From positions 47,988,001-48,052,000 of the forward strand of contig OX597830.1 in the NCBI GenBank assembly GCA_951406725.2: DNA of 64,000 nucleotides. Reading direction: 5' to 3'. The translations under genes and the position numbers were made by a program. Under the pieces are notes generated by a model. It was not told where the DNA came from, made no database searches, and saw nothing but the letters and a program-made list of their open reading frames with translations. Each line of letters begins with the position of its first letter. Within the stretch, counting starts at the first letter, position 1. This stretch comes from Octopus vulgaris (lineage: Eukaryota). This document shows, piece by piece, positions 17,639-30,330 of this stretch.

Positions 17639-17847
17639 CTTTATCCTTATCATTATTATTGCTATTGTTATTGTTGTTGTTGTTGTCGTTGACGATGAGG
17701 TAAGACCTGTTTTGAACGCTCCGTTAGTTTGAATGTTTCTTGTGTATTTTTGAAGGTTGTTGACTGTTACGTAAGTGTTTTTGTTTTCTAAACCCCTATT
17801 GGTGTATAGAAGGAATTCTTTTCCATTAAGAGTTCTGACGGTCAGTA

Positions 17848-18587
17848 CCTATTTCTTTACCACCCACAAGGGGCTAAACACAGAGAGGAGAAACAAGGAC
17901 AGACAAACAGATTCAGTCGATCATATCAACCCCAGTGCGTAACTGGCACTCAATTTATCGACCCTGAAAGGATGAAAGGCAAAGTCGACCTCGGCAGAAT
18001 TTGAACTCAGAACGTAACCGCAGAAGAAATACTTATTTCTTTACTACCCACAAGGGGCTAAACATAGAGGGGACAAACAAGGACAGACATAGGTATTAAG
18101 TCGATTACATCGACCTCATTGCGTAACTTGTACTTAATTTATCGATCCCGAAAGAATGAAAGGCAAAGTTTACCTCGGCTGAATTTGAACCCACAACGTA
18201 ACGGCGGACGAAATACCTATTTCTTTATTACCCACAAGGGGCTAAACATAGAGGGGACAAATAAGGACAGACATAGATATTAAGTCGATTACATCGACCT
18301 CATTGCGTAACTGGTAGTCAATTTATCGACCCCGAAAAGATGAAAGGCAAAGTTTACCTCGGCGGAATTTGAACCCACAACGTAACGGCGGACGAAATAC
18401 CTATTTCTTTATTACCCGCAAGGGGCTAAACATAGAGGGGACAAACAAGGACAGACATAGGTATTAAGTCGATTACATCGACCTCAGTGCGTAACTGGTA
18501 CTCAATTTATCGACCCCGAAAGGATGAAAGGCAAAGTCGACCTCGGCGCGATTTGAACTTAGAACGAAATACGACAGACGAAATACG
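17848..18587 (-). repeat. Four-unit tandem array (184-bp period) of the SINE family 1 body with Tx1-like tail
   Basis: Units start at 17848, 18032, 18216 and 18400 (C(C/T)TATTTCTTTA...); same unit as 290-663 on the opposite strand. Confidence 0.92.
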
Positions 18588-21500
18588 AATTTCTTTATTG
18601 CCCACCGGGGGCCAAACATAGATATGGACAGTACAACTGATGGGATCAGTGAATCGATATGATTTTACATAAATGTAACTTTAAAAATAAAATACAATAC
18701 ATAAAAAATCGAATGGAATACACAGTACAAAAACAATACAAATGAAGCGATGATTAGGTTACGCTCCGATCCCTCAAGCCCCGATCTACCGCTGATACCT
18801 TTTTCCCCCCTTTTTTCCGTCTATTCACACGGTTCCTTGCACGCACAACACTCGTGCAACATGCTTCCATCTCTTTTGGAACGTACACTCCGACAGACAC
18901 CTCTTCTCCAGCCACAGTTTCCTTTTCAAATGAAAAGAAAAAAAGATCGTAAATTGTGACCAGAGATAAAGTCGCCTGTCTTAATTCCTTTTATCCTAGT
19001 CTTCCATACTGCCTCATTTGCTATTGCTACAACCGTGAGAAAACAATTCTTACCTTCGTTCGTTAGAACTCCCGGTGGGTCAATTTTTATAATTGAGTCA
19101 GTCGACAGCTGTACTCTTCCTTCGCCGGACAACAGGTGTTCAGCATAAGCCCACATTTTAGTTATCTCCGGACACTGAACAATAGCGTGAGGGACGGTTT
19201 CCCTGTCCCTCCCGCATCTTGGACAGGTCGGCGACTGACGTTTACCATGTCTTGCGAGCTTATCCCAAATGGGCAAGGCACCTCTGTAGCATTGCCAGGT
19301 TAAGGACTTTTGGAAGTTGTCCAACGTTCTCAACCCGAATGTACGATGAAACAGGCTGTCCAGTTGAATAAATCCGAGACCCAGAGTCGACCCCAGGCCA
19401 TCGTCGCATTCAGACTCTACCAACCCACTATATAAAATCCGTGTGGAACCCCTACCGCTGGCGTTGCCCGAGCGCCGGAACAGCAAGAAGGCCTTACGGC
19501 ACTCTTTATGCCACTCACTCAACCTCGGTCTACGAGAACACCAGGCTTCCTGTTCGCTAAAACTCTTGAACTCAGGAAACATTTGTCTGGCTAGCGGAGA
19601 CCACACCCGTTCACTATCCAGGAGAATCCAGAGATGCCTCAACCTCAACGCATGTCTGCGCATCATTAACCAAGGCATACCTAAACCTCCCTTTAAATGC
19701 TTTTGACAGCAGACAGAGCGTTTCACAAGTGGCGACCTGCCCTTCCACAAAAAGCGAAAGAGCTGTCTCTCCAGCCTGATCAACCACGAATCCGGACAGG
19801 GCACGACGGTCAGGCGCTAGGTAATGACCGATGCGATAAACACATTGGCCACCTCCGCCCTCCCTTTCAGGGATAGCCACCGCCAAGACCAGGTCTTGAC
19901 TACTGTAGCCACCCTGCTCAATACCTCCGTCCAGTTCTTCTTTATCTGGAGGCCTGGTCCAAACCAGACTCCCAGCAACTTAACCGGTCCCTCTGTCCAG
20001 CGCCCAACAACGCTGTCTGAAGGCGTCGACTTGCCAACCCAGGTGCCGAGCTGCAAGCCAACCAACTTTTCCCGGTTAATCTTTGCTCCTGCTACCTCCT
20101 CGTAAGCCTCAATAGTCTTACCTACTTCACGTAGGCGTGCTACTGTGGTTACACTGATAGTGATATCATCCGCGAAAGCCGTAACAAACTCCTCTAGTCC
20201 TGGTTCTCTCGGGAGGCCACTCAACCTTCGCAGTAATGGCTCGAGAGCCATCACATACAAAAGTGGTGAAAGAGGACATCCTTGACGAACCGAGCGTTTG
20301 ATGCAGAACGGCTTCGAAAGGAAAGCGTTCACCCGAACTATCGAGTCAATGAGGAAGCCAAGACCCAGGCCAAACCGCGCAAGTACAGTCGCTAGGTATC
20401 GATGGTCAACCCTATCAAAAGCTTTAGACTGGTCCAAAGGCACTAATGCCACACCTTTGCCAGATATATTACCAACCCTCTCTATGGTATAGCGAATAAG
20501 ATGGAGGGTATCCTGAATGGTTCTGCCTAGGATGGCACATGTCTGTACCTCCCGACTATACCATTCGCGACACGCGCCAACCTTTTTGCTAGAACCTTGG
20601 CCAAAATCTTCACTTCTGCGTTTAACAGAGTGATGGGCATGGAATTCTCTAGAACTTCTCCCTTGTCCGGGTCCTTTCTGACCAACGTCACTACTACCCG
20701 GCGCACAGATCTGGGGATAAACCCATTTTGTTTCCAGTTTAACGTACACGTCAGTCAGTAGTTGCCCGAACAAGTCTGGCATACATTTATATAGCTCGTA
20801 CGGAAGACCATCAAGTTCCGGCGACTTACCCGCTTTACAATCGACCAAAGCCTCCATCACCTCCTCAGGCGTGATTGGCCCTTCGCAAGACTCCGCATCC
20901 GACACCGAGAGGCACGGCAGCCCGGCAAGAAAGTCCTCGAGGGCTCTCCCGCCACCAGGACCGCCGTCACTCCCGAACAACTGGGCGAAGTGCTCCCGAA
21001 AGACATCACACATTTTCTCGGGTTCGTTTACCAAGACACCATTTTCATTCGTCAAAGACCGAATAGAGGAACTATTTTCTTGCCGAGCTTCCACCACTCG
21101 GGCCCCTCCAGCGGCCTTGATTCCTTCACTTCCCATTGCACGTAACTTAGCTCTGGCAATACTTCCCATGTGGTGGGCTTCAGGATGCTGGTTTAACTCC
21201 AGTCTTTTCACCCTCGCTTGGTCTGCATTATCAGTCCTCCAGGCTTCTTCTAGTTCCTTAACTAGACCATCTCCTATTTTTCGTGCCTTCTTAGCTAAAC
21301 TTATGCTAAACCTAATAGACTCATATTTGATGGCTCTTTTTAGGGCGTACAACCATTTGTAATTAATGATGGTACCTGTTGATGCCCTCTGTATTAACAT
21401 CTTGATCCGCTTTCTGTACTCCTCAATCGCCAAAAGGGACGTATTGAGTTTCCAGTAGCCAGATCTCTGTCTATGCAACTTAACTACCGTCAGTTTACAG

Positions 21501-23870
21501 GTAACCATCTTGTGGTCACTGTAGCTGACTAGAAAAAACTGTGGACACTCAACTATGGACTTAAAATCCTATCTAGATATGTTCTAGTAGACCCGTCACT
21601 ATTTGACCACGTCCACTGTGGAGTGTTCGGGTGCTCCAACCTATATGGATCTGCTAACTGAAATTGACTTCGCAGATCACGAAAGCCTGGGTTACATTTT
21701 CTGTTCATGTTCGAGCTCGAGCCAACACAATCTGTGTGTGCTGCACATATTGTATTAGAGTCTCCTAACAGTGAATACTAGTGAATGCGACATAGCTAGG
21801 AACTTTCCCAGGGCACGAAAATATTCAGTTTGCGGGCCAATAATGTTTGGTGCGTAAATAGCGACCAGCCTGATTGTCTTGCCACAACTAAATGTCAAGT
21901 CGAGAACGACCAACCTGCCTTCTGGGTCAGAAAAAACCAAATTTTTCTCGGCTACCCGGTTTCTTTTTAGTAGGACCAACACCCCACCCCCAACTCCCAC
22001 CCAACTCGGAGAAACGTATTTCTCGTAGCCGTTCAGGAGGGGGAGCAGATCTCTTGGCCCCTTCACCCGGGTTTCTGTTGCAACAATTACATCCAAATTT
22101 CTCGACCTGATGTCATTTAGAAAGCGTCCTTGCTTCCAGCTTGACATCAGGCAACGAACATTTATACAACCAATGTGAATAGACATGATTTACCTGTTTA
22201 ATCAGGATTGTCTACCTTTTTTTGATCCCGGGTCGGAGGTGGACGGTCTTGGGAAATAGATTTGTCAAAATCCCGTCTCACCACCGACACAGAATTATCA
22301 GGTGGAGGGAGAGTCTCCACCTTTTCCTTTTCTCATGGGATCGGGGCTGGTAATCCATGAAATATCGACTTGTTAAAATCTAATCTCAATGAAGATACTG
22401 TCTTTCTGTATTTGTTTTGTAAAATTCTATGAGTTTTATTTGAGACTTCATATATGTCGTAATTGATAAATTCCCCTGAAAGGTTATCTATTTTTTTTAC
22501 AGTCTTTATCAGTTGAATGTCTCTCATGAGCTCAGTATCTTTAGTGTATGTGGCTATTATGCCTTTTTCTTCTTTTTCTCTTCTGGCAGTCTTTTTTGTC
22601 GTTGTTCTGTAGTAGTCGCCGCTCTCAGTTGAGTTGCTGGTTGTATTTTCCTTTTGTTTGTTGTTTTTTCTCATCTGTTTCTTCTTTTTCATCTTCCTCT
22701 TTGTCTTTTTTCTCTCCTTCCTCCTCTTCCTCATTTTCCTTGCAGTTCCTTCGAATGTGGCCTAATTGACTACATAAAAAACATCGAGGTTTTCGGCTCT
22801 CAACAAACACCACGAGGTTCTCCTCCCCTACCTCAATTGTCTCGGGAATTCCTTGAATTATTTTAGGGTCCGCTTGAATGAGGAGATTAATTGTTTGACC
22901 ATCCCAGTGTGTGTTTTCGGTAGCGGTAGCCTGGAGGAGAGTAATTTTTTCTTCCTCTTTGATCAGGACTGCCGCCAACAACCACATAGGGTCCACTTCC
23001 GGTGGGACCATTGTAATTTTAATTCTGGACGTTCTCATCCCCATATATAGGAGATAAGCTCCACGTCGTTGGTTTTCAGCGTTTCTACTGTGTTCTTTTG
23101 TGCTATTTCTTTATTGGTGAACCTTACTTCCACCTTTCCGAATTTCTTGCCTCTTCTCAGATAAACTATGTCGCCCCATATTGGCTTTAAGTACTTTTCT
23201 ATTTTCTCTTCTGACATTCTTTCATTTTTTTCTTTTTTGTAACCAATATGTTTTGAAAATTAAAGTTTTTTGGTTTTTTTCTTGTAATAACTTTTCCGGA
23301 GGTTCAATTTTCACAACGTTGTCAGTTATTTTCATCATTTGGCTATATTTCATAAAGTCGCTCTTATTCATCGACAGCAGCCAGGTTCCACCCCCAGCTG
23401 CCAATGCAAAACATTTTTTCCATTTTTTGGTTCTGTCTGGATGCTAGGCACATCAATTACTCTTTTCGGCACAGTGCCTTTGTTCTCTGGCAAAGTCGGA
23501 AACTCTTCTGGTGATAGTTCTGACGAGCTTTCAGACACATCTCCAAAAAAAATCAAATATATTATCTATTCTGCTATTCTTTCTTGTAGCGAGGGAAACC
23601 CTTATTTCCCTGTCTGTAGTTGGCTCCTCGCCGGACATGTATTTCCTCCTCTCAACAGGAGAAACAAGTATTTCTGCTCCAACGGCAGGCTCTATGCTAG
23701 ACGACATTCTTCCCCCCAAAGGGGGAATGAACAACGCGTGCTACTACAAGCACTAAGTGTTTTCAAATAAAAACTCCAACAGTTAAGTTATTCAACAGTT
23801 TAAAAAGAAACAACAGTTATTAACAATATTAACACCAAGAAACAGCAATTTTTACCACGAACACATGTGT
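18588..23870 (-). mobile_element. Near full-length Tx1-clade LINE (Tx1-A, ~5.3 kb) with 15-bp TSD, inserted in a SINE
   Basis: ORF1 pieces 22333-23734 with CFLCSQLGHIRRNC knuckle; ORF2 with APE endonuclease (GCINVRCL, VATETR), RT (LDQSKAFDRVDH, SVRQGCPLSPLLY, AFADD) and CPRC...ETVPHAIVQC; AATAAA tail; TSD GACAGACGAAATACG 18573-18587 vs GACAGACTAAATACG 23871-23885. Confidence 0.93.
18926..22186 (-). pseudogene. Tx1-A ORF2 (endonuclease-reverse transcriptase), disrupted
   Basis: ORFs 21755-22186, 19817-21508 and 18926-19804, separated by stops and frameshifts. Confidence 0.9.
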
Positions 23871-23932
23871 GACAGACTAAATACGGTGACGCATTTCGCC
23901 CGGCGTGCTAACGTTTCTGCCAGCTCGCTGCC
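23871..23932 (-). mobile_element. Detached head of the SINE whose body is at 17848-18587
   Basis: Reverse complement GGCAGCGAGCTGGCAGAAACGTTAGCACGCCGGGCGAAATGCGTCACCGTATTTAGTCTGTC matches 243-304. Confidence 0.9.
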
Positions 23933-26900
23933 ATTCTGATGCCCAGTACCTCAACGATTTATCATCTGAACAGCACAAATAACAGTACCAACACCACTAA
24001 CTGCACCGGCACCACCATTAACACTGAAAAAGAAAAAAGTCAAGAAAACACCGCCAACGCCACCACCGCTGTGAACAAGAAAAACAACGAAGAAAATACA
24101 AACACAAACGCAAATGACAGATCCAATAGACACGGTTTCGCTTCTGCAGCGAAACAAACAAGAGAAACGATAAACGTCACATTAGAGGATTTAAAAAATT
24201 TCAAGGGGCTCTTAGTGAGACAAGGTAATAATGTCTCTCTAAATACCCCGAAAGAAATTGTTCTGGACACAAACAGAAGAAGCATTACGTACAAATGCAT
24301 AAACAAACAAAAAAGTCATTGGAACGAGCAACACAAGAATAACTGGAACTAATTCTGAAACCAATTTGGAAGAAGAAAACATAAGTGACACGTGGAAAAT
24401 GGTTCGGTACTGTGGAAGTGCGCTACGCAAAGGAAGAAGCAAGAAAACATTCCACAGTGCCACTATTTTCAGAAGACCTTATCGTCGTGCCGACATGTCT
24501 TGGTCGGCACGTTACCAAAATTAATATTGGCCGGGGGGGGGGGGGGAGTACCCCTGAATTAAACATATGTTGGCTGATGGCCGCTGTCTTCTATGATATA
24601 GAGGATACGGCCGCGATCCTGGAGGTGTATAAGTTGCACCGACAAAATTGGACGGGTCAGGAGTTGGAACGCTTTGTCCAAATTGAACAAGAGGACCTAA
24701 AGTTTATCCCTGACTCCTTAAACTTACCGAAGAGCACGAGACTACGCGTAGCTGTGGAGGGCAGGAGGCCGAGGTGCTACTTTCGTGGAAACAATCAGCA
24801 CCTCAACGTCGACTGCCAAAATACAAGGAGATGCGTCGAACGCTACAACCGACACCAGAAACAGGGACATCTCCAGTACAGCAGCAACAACAGCAGCAGC
24901 AGCAGCAACCGAGGTACCCCCACCACCGGCCGGGGTACCACTACCCCCAGTCGCAGTAACACCACCACCAACAACTACTGTAGCAGTAGCAGCAGTAACA
25001 AATGAATACCAACAAAACCAAAAGTCGGAGTCAATCCTCCTTCCCGACCAAAACAACTCGGACTGTTCGAGTAATGAAGTCGAGAGGAGGGGGGGGGGGG
25101 CAAACAGTTTCCCCACTCCCTCCAAAGAAAAAAAGAAAAATCTACTGAGACAGCAGAAGAAAAAGTGGGGGAGGCGCAAGGACACTGAACGTCCCAACAG
25201 CGGCAACACCCACACTCAACAGCCGATAACAACAACACCACCTCCACCAGCACTATCACCTCAAACACAAACTCCACCACAGATTCTACTAGCACCACAA
25301 ACCTCACAGCTATTGATACAGGCAATAATAGATTTAATTACGTACTCAAGAGACAATACAAACACCACCATGACAGAACTCACCACCACTACCACCACCA
25401 CGCATACAAATATTAAAAACCACACAACAAATTTACAACACCATAAAAGCAACATTTCCAGATGCTGTGGGGTGGCTCCAAAATACTTTTACAAAAAGAA
25501 TATATGAAAACCTAGGGAAACATCCACATGAAGTGTACCATCATACCAGGAGACAGTGGTAAGAGGTGCTCTTCTCCATTCTACAGTTATTTAAACTGAG
25601 TGATGCTCAGAATAGTTTTATAGAGGCCAGGGGCCTCGGGTCACCTTGGAAACAACGTCACCTTTTAAATGAGCTGAGGTCATTTACTGTAAATGTTGCA
25701 GTCATTAGTGAATCCAGATTATCCGTCCCACGGAGATTTTTCTTTCTCCGTGTCGGCCTGGGTGGTGTAATAGTAAAACTGTGGGGCTTTTCTGGAAGGG
25801 TCCGGATTTGAATATAAGGGCAGTCTTCCTGGATTCAGAAGGTAAGTTGGTGGTCCTAGATGTCAACAGCAGTGACGGCTGGGCTTTCAAACTGGTGGCT
25901 GACAGGGGCAGGGTGGTCTGATTACTTCAAGCGTCTGGAACACGTCTCGAACATTCGTACTAGTAGGGGATTAGAACGCTGTCTTAGATGGATGTTTCGA
26001 TTGCGTGGGAGTTTCTTTTAAGAGATGTGGGTTGCAAAAACCTCAAAAATCTACTCAGACGTTTTCCATTGTCTGCCGGGTACCGACTAGATTATCCGAA
26101 TGTCCCAATGTGGACTTGAACAAACCGCATCTGGTTATCTAGATCGTATCTAGATAGAGTATTGTGTAAGCCAGCGGACAGGGATATCATCGGGTGTTCA
26201 TAATTTCACATGGTCAACTACACAGACCACAAATTTGTGATCTGTACAGTCGACTTGGATAGGCTTCATAGACACGGTCCCGGTTACTGGAAGCCGAACA
26301 CGGCGTGAGGTTGACCCTCGACCAATTTTTCGACGCGAAACACGAAAGCTGCGGAAAGGGAATGATAGCGTAACGATAGGCCCGGAAGTGAAAAGTGACA
26401 ATAAAGCCACCATTCGGTCTTTGGTGGACCAGGAAGGATACATGGTGTTCGAACCGAAAGAGACGGGCCCATTAAATTGCATTGCTCGGAATCTAGTTTG
26501 GTCCAGACCAAAACTGGGACGAGGTGACGAGGAAGGTAGCCAACCTAACCCAGACATGGGCCTGTAGGGAGCTGCTTCAGAGCGGTCGAGGGGAGGAGGC
26601 GAATGTGTACATCGCATCTGTCATCGATTACCACTTGACCGTCGTCCCTTGCCCCATTTGCTGGTTGACCAAACTGGTGCGTTTACTCTTCCCTTTTCTG
26701 TGGAAGGGGCGCGTTCCACTGGTCAGGCGCTCCATCAACTGTCAACAGTCGCTGAATGAAGGGCTGGGCATGCCGTGGTTACTAATTCGCAGACATTCAT
26801 TAAGTTTGCGGCATCTCTAGCGTTTCCTTGGCGGTGAGCAGGTGTGGTCACTGTTTGTCAGCTACATTTTTCCACAGACCGTCCCTTTGACTGAGCTGCA

Positions 26901-27900
26901 AACCTGGATTAAGCGTAGACCGAAGAGGGAGTGCTTGTCACAGCCCTCCGCCAGGCGAACAATGAGGTCGGTGTAGTTTCACTCTAGCGTTCTATAGAGG
27001 GCTAGTGGAAGGATATCGCGACGACGTTCTCAGGGAAACTCTAGGCATCGATGAAGATCAACGAAATGGTCTGTTTCGGAGAACTTTCTGGCCTAGGCCT
27101 ATGAATAAGTTCGAGAAGTCCCTTGCCTGACAGTGCCACCGAGGGGCGCTGACTGTTTGAGATAAACTTTACAGGTACGGAAGTGCCGTCAGCCAGGCCT
27201 GCTCGAGGTGTGCCCAGAATGATGAAACCGTTCTACACGCCCTTGTTCAGTGACCGAATATTGCTGACCTCTGTGGGTTTATGTCGAACACCTGCTGTCA
27301 CGTGTTGGACGGATCCGCTATCAGCTGAATCCATAGTGAGGATTACCCCACCGCCCTCCTTTGGCTGGAGGAGCAGGCAATTTTTATTTGTTTCGTGGCT
27401 GTAGCGAAATCGGTAGTATGGTGGACTCGTCTGAAAGGGCTAAAGTCAGAGACTTTCCTCTTTGGCCAAGCCCTTACCAACTTTTTCAAGTTTCATTTGA
27501 AATGGAATTTGGGGGTGGAGAGGGAAGTGTTGCCTTGTAGTAATTGTGTTGAAAGGAGGATGAATGTTGGAAGAATGTCCAGTGCAAAAGACCAATTCTG
27601 AGCGTGCACCTGTAAACAATAAAAGGGATTTAAAGAAGGCCTCTTGCCCTGTTGATCAGGCACCCGTGGCCTTTGTGGGGTTTTCCACGAGGATCTTAAA
27701 GCGCCTCCCCTATTAGGTGTTTTTTTAGTTGTTTGATTTACTTGCTATATATATTGTTTACACGCCGTAAAACCCATTGTATCTTCCCGTTTTTGTCTGT
27801 TATGTTGTTGCATGTCATTCAATGTTATTTTATGTGAGTGATCATGGCTAATAAAATAATTTATTACTATTATTATTATCATTATTATTATTGTTATTGC

Positions 27901-27987
<87 letters not shown>

Positions 27988-27989
27988 CA

Positions 27990-28032
<43 letters not shown>

Positions 28033-28213
28033 CCTCACTTTTATCATCACAATATTATCACAATATTGATATTTATTAAAGAGTAGAAAATATATCTATT
28101 AATTATTTCTCATTATTCAAAAATAATAACACTATACAACGTGAAACAGTTCCACCACCATTACGAAAAACTACAAACACAACAGTGATTTATTTATTTT
28201 CTTCTTCTTACAG

Positions 28214-28444
28214 GAAGATGTCCTTTAGATTTTATTGACAAAGCTGGTATACCTTCTCACAATGATTTGGGTGACTTTAAAGACTTCAGTTACACGCAAT
28301 GTCTGCTTCATTGCGAAGCAAAAGCAAAATGCCAATCGTTTGACTATCACTATAATGACAAAAAATGCCACTTGTCATCTAAAGATCATAGAACTGTTGA
28401 ATTGTATTTTTACAAAACATACATTTACACCGAAATAAACAGAG
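28214..28444 (+). CDS. PAN gene A exon 4, PAN/Apple domain 2 (hypervariable)
   Basis: Pyrimidine tract plus TTACAG|, donor AG|GTAAGG, 231 bp, phase 1-1; QCLLHCEAKAKCQSFDY...KCHLSS. Confidence 0.9.
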
Positions 28445-28593
28445 GTAAGGGCGTCATTTTCTTGTTTTTATTTATTTATTTTGTTGGAATTATACACAGT
28501 CAGTTGGACAAGACTAAGGCACCACCTTCAAAAATGTGTTAGACTGTTATATTGAGGCCAATGTCATATAAAGGTACGGACTCAATACCAAAT

Positions 28594-28653
<60 letters not shown>

Positions 28654-28809
28654 CAGATCGATTAGATAGATAGATAGATATATAGATACATACATACATA
28701 CATACATACATACATACATACATACATACATACAGGCATACATATATAGATGCACGCATACATGCATACATACATGCACGCACACACTCATACGTCCAGA
28801 TAACTACTA

Positions 28810-29450
28810 AATAATCGATGAACAAAAGGGACAAAGATAGCATCAAACCTCCATGCTGTGATGGAAAATGTTGGCTCAGCTATACCAGTGTGGAAGATGT
28901 CACCCACATCATCAGTAGTTGTGACAAAATGCCTACGAGATTCTACCTGCCCCTGAGGCATGATATAGTTGCAAAGACTATTTACGATGCTACCCATAGG
29001 AAGGACTGCTCGGACGTATACATCGAAGCCATGTTAGAACCAGCAAGTAATCAGACATTTTGAAAGCAAGGAATACTGTTGGAACTCCCCGCAAAAACGA
29101 ACGTCAATTCGGTACAAATATAGCAGACCTGATATTGTTCTTTGGTACAGGGGAAAAATGTCATGGATTGTTGTAGGGGTCAGCTGCCCAGAGGATGTGA
29201 ATGTACAATCAAAAGTCTTAGGAAAATAGAACAATTATGGCAAACTTACAGTCCTTGTACCCTGACCATAAAGTCTCGTTTGCACCTTTCATCAGAAGTG
29301 CATTAGATTATGTAGCAACAATTTTGTACATATGCAGAAAAACCTATAAATACTCGGTTTCACAGAGAAAGAGCAAAAGAAAAACTGACACGGATTATCC
29401 AAATCCAATGTTTTAGTGGCACAGTGAAGGTTTGTAAAACATTGCCAAAC
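28810..29450 (+). mobile_element. R4/Dong-like LINE 3' fragment
   Basis: EDVTHIISSCDKM...LRHDIVAK, RPDIVLW. Confidence 0.8.
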
Positions 29451-29499
29451 TATTCCATCTGTGATTCTTATGTGAATAGATGCACACGATTGAGTGTAT

Positions 29500-30330
29500 G
29501 CATCGACAGTCCCACGATCTCAACCACACATTTGCAATCACCGGGAACTCACTCATCTCAAAAACTCTTGTCGCTTTCTTATCGACTGTATGATTATTGC
29601 AATTAGATGGCGGGAATTTTCTCCAAATCGCTTCTTGCGTTGAAAGACAATTTGAAACAGCGAAGTGTGTACAGACACAAAAGTATGCTTCAAACTGCTG
29701 ACAGACCAATTCTTTCAATAGAACCTTTCTTGAAGTTCAAGAACCAAGTCAGATGTTGTGCCTGGGGAGACGCTCTTACCTTTACGCCCCTTTCCCTTTG
29801 AATTATCATCAAAACCCAGCAGCAACCGGGGTTCATTATTGAGGAGTGGTGGAGTGAAACTATCTTGTACCAGACTTTCCTAGAGAAAGGGAATTCATCA
29901 CCTTTAAGGGACTGCATGAATCCCTCAACAGTGATGATGTTGACTGCAAAGGAAGTCATTTGGAAAGCAATTTTATATTTACTGATGTAACAATTTTCAG
30001 TGTCGATGATCCCTGCCTTTGTGTGTTTCATTTTGTTTTCGTATATTCCACCCTAGGTGGTTTTTCCCTGCTTCGATACAGTCCCGGCAACTGGCAATTG
30101 ATCAAGCCACTCCCATCCTTTCTTCTGGACAAGTGTCAGTCTTAGTATGGAAAGCTCCGTGCACTGTCAAAATGTTTCTGGTCTTGGTATTCTTCATTTC
30201 TCTCTTTTGCCATTTTATAATTCCCACTCCATACCGAAGTGATGCTATCGCCCACGTATCGACTGCTTGGATTTTATTCTATCCAGTCAATTTTTAGCGC
30301 AACACCAAACTCAGTCGTCAGACATACTAG
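29500..30330 (-). mobile_element. Decayed R4/Dong-like LINE fragment
   Basis: Minus strand reads NKIQAVDTWAIASLRYGVGIIKW...LTVHGAFHTK. Confidence 0.7.

Larger units (their letters stand above)
17690..27860 (+). mobile_element. Old Tx1-clade LINE (Tx1-B) interrupted by the SINE array and Tx1-A
   Basis: ORF1 23939-25507 (GTVEVRY, VEGRRPRCYF..N.QHLNVDC); endonuclease at ~25620 (NELRSFTVNVAVISESRL); RT internally deleted; 3' end GGCTAATAAAAT at ~27850; (ATT)n on both sides; degenerate 18-bp direct repeat 17833-17850/23934-23951 brackets the inserts. The 5' piece 17690-17832 is assigned by that repeat only. Confidence 0.78.

Noticed and set aside
17848-18587. CRISPR-like regular repeat
   Set aside because: Whole 184-bp units repeat with no unique spacers; eukaryotic SINE sequence and no cas genes.
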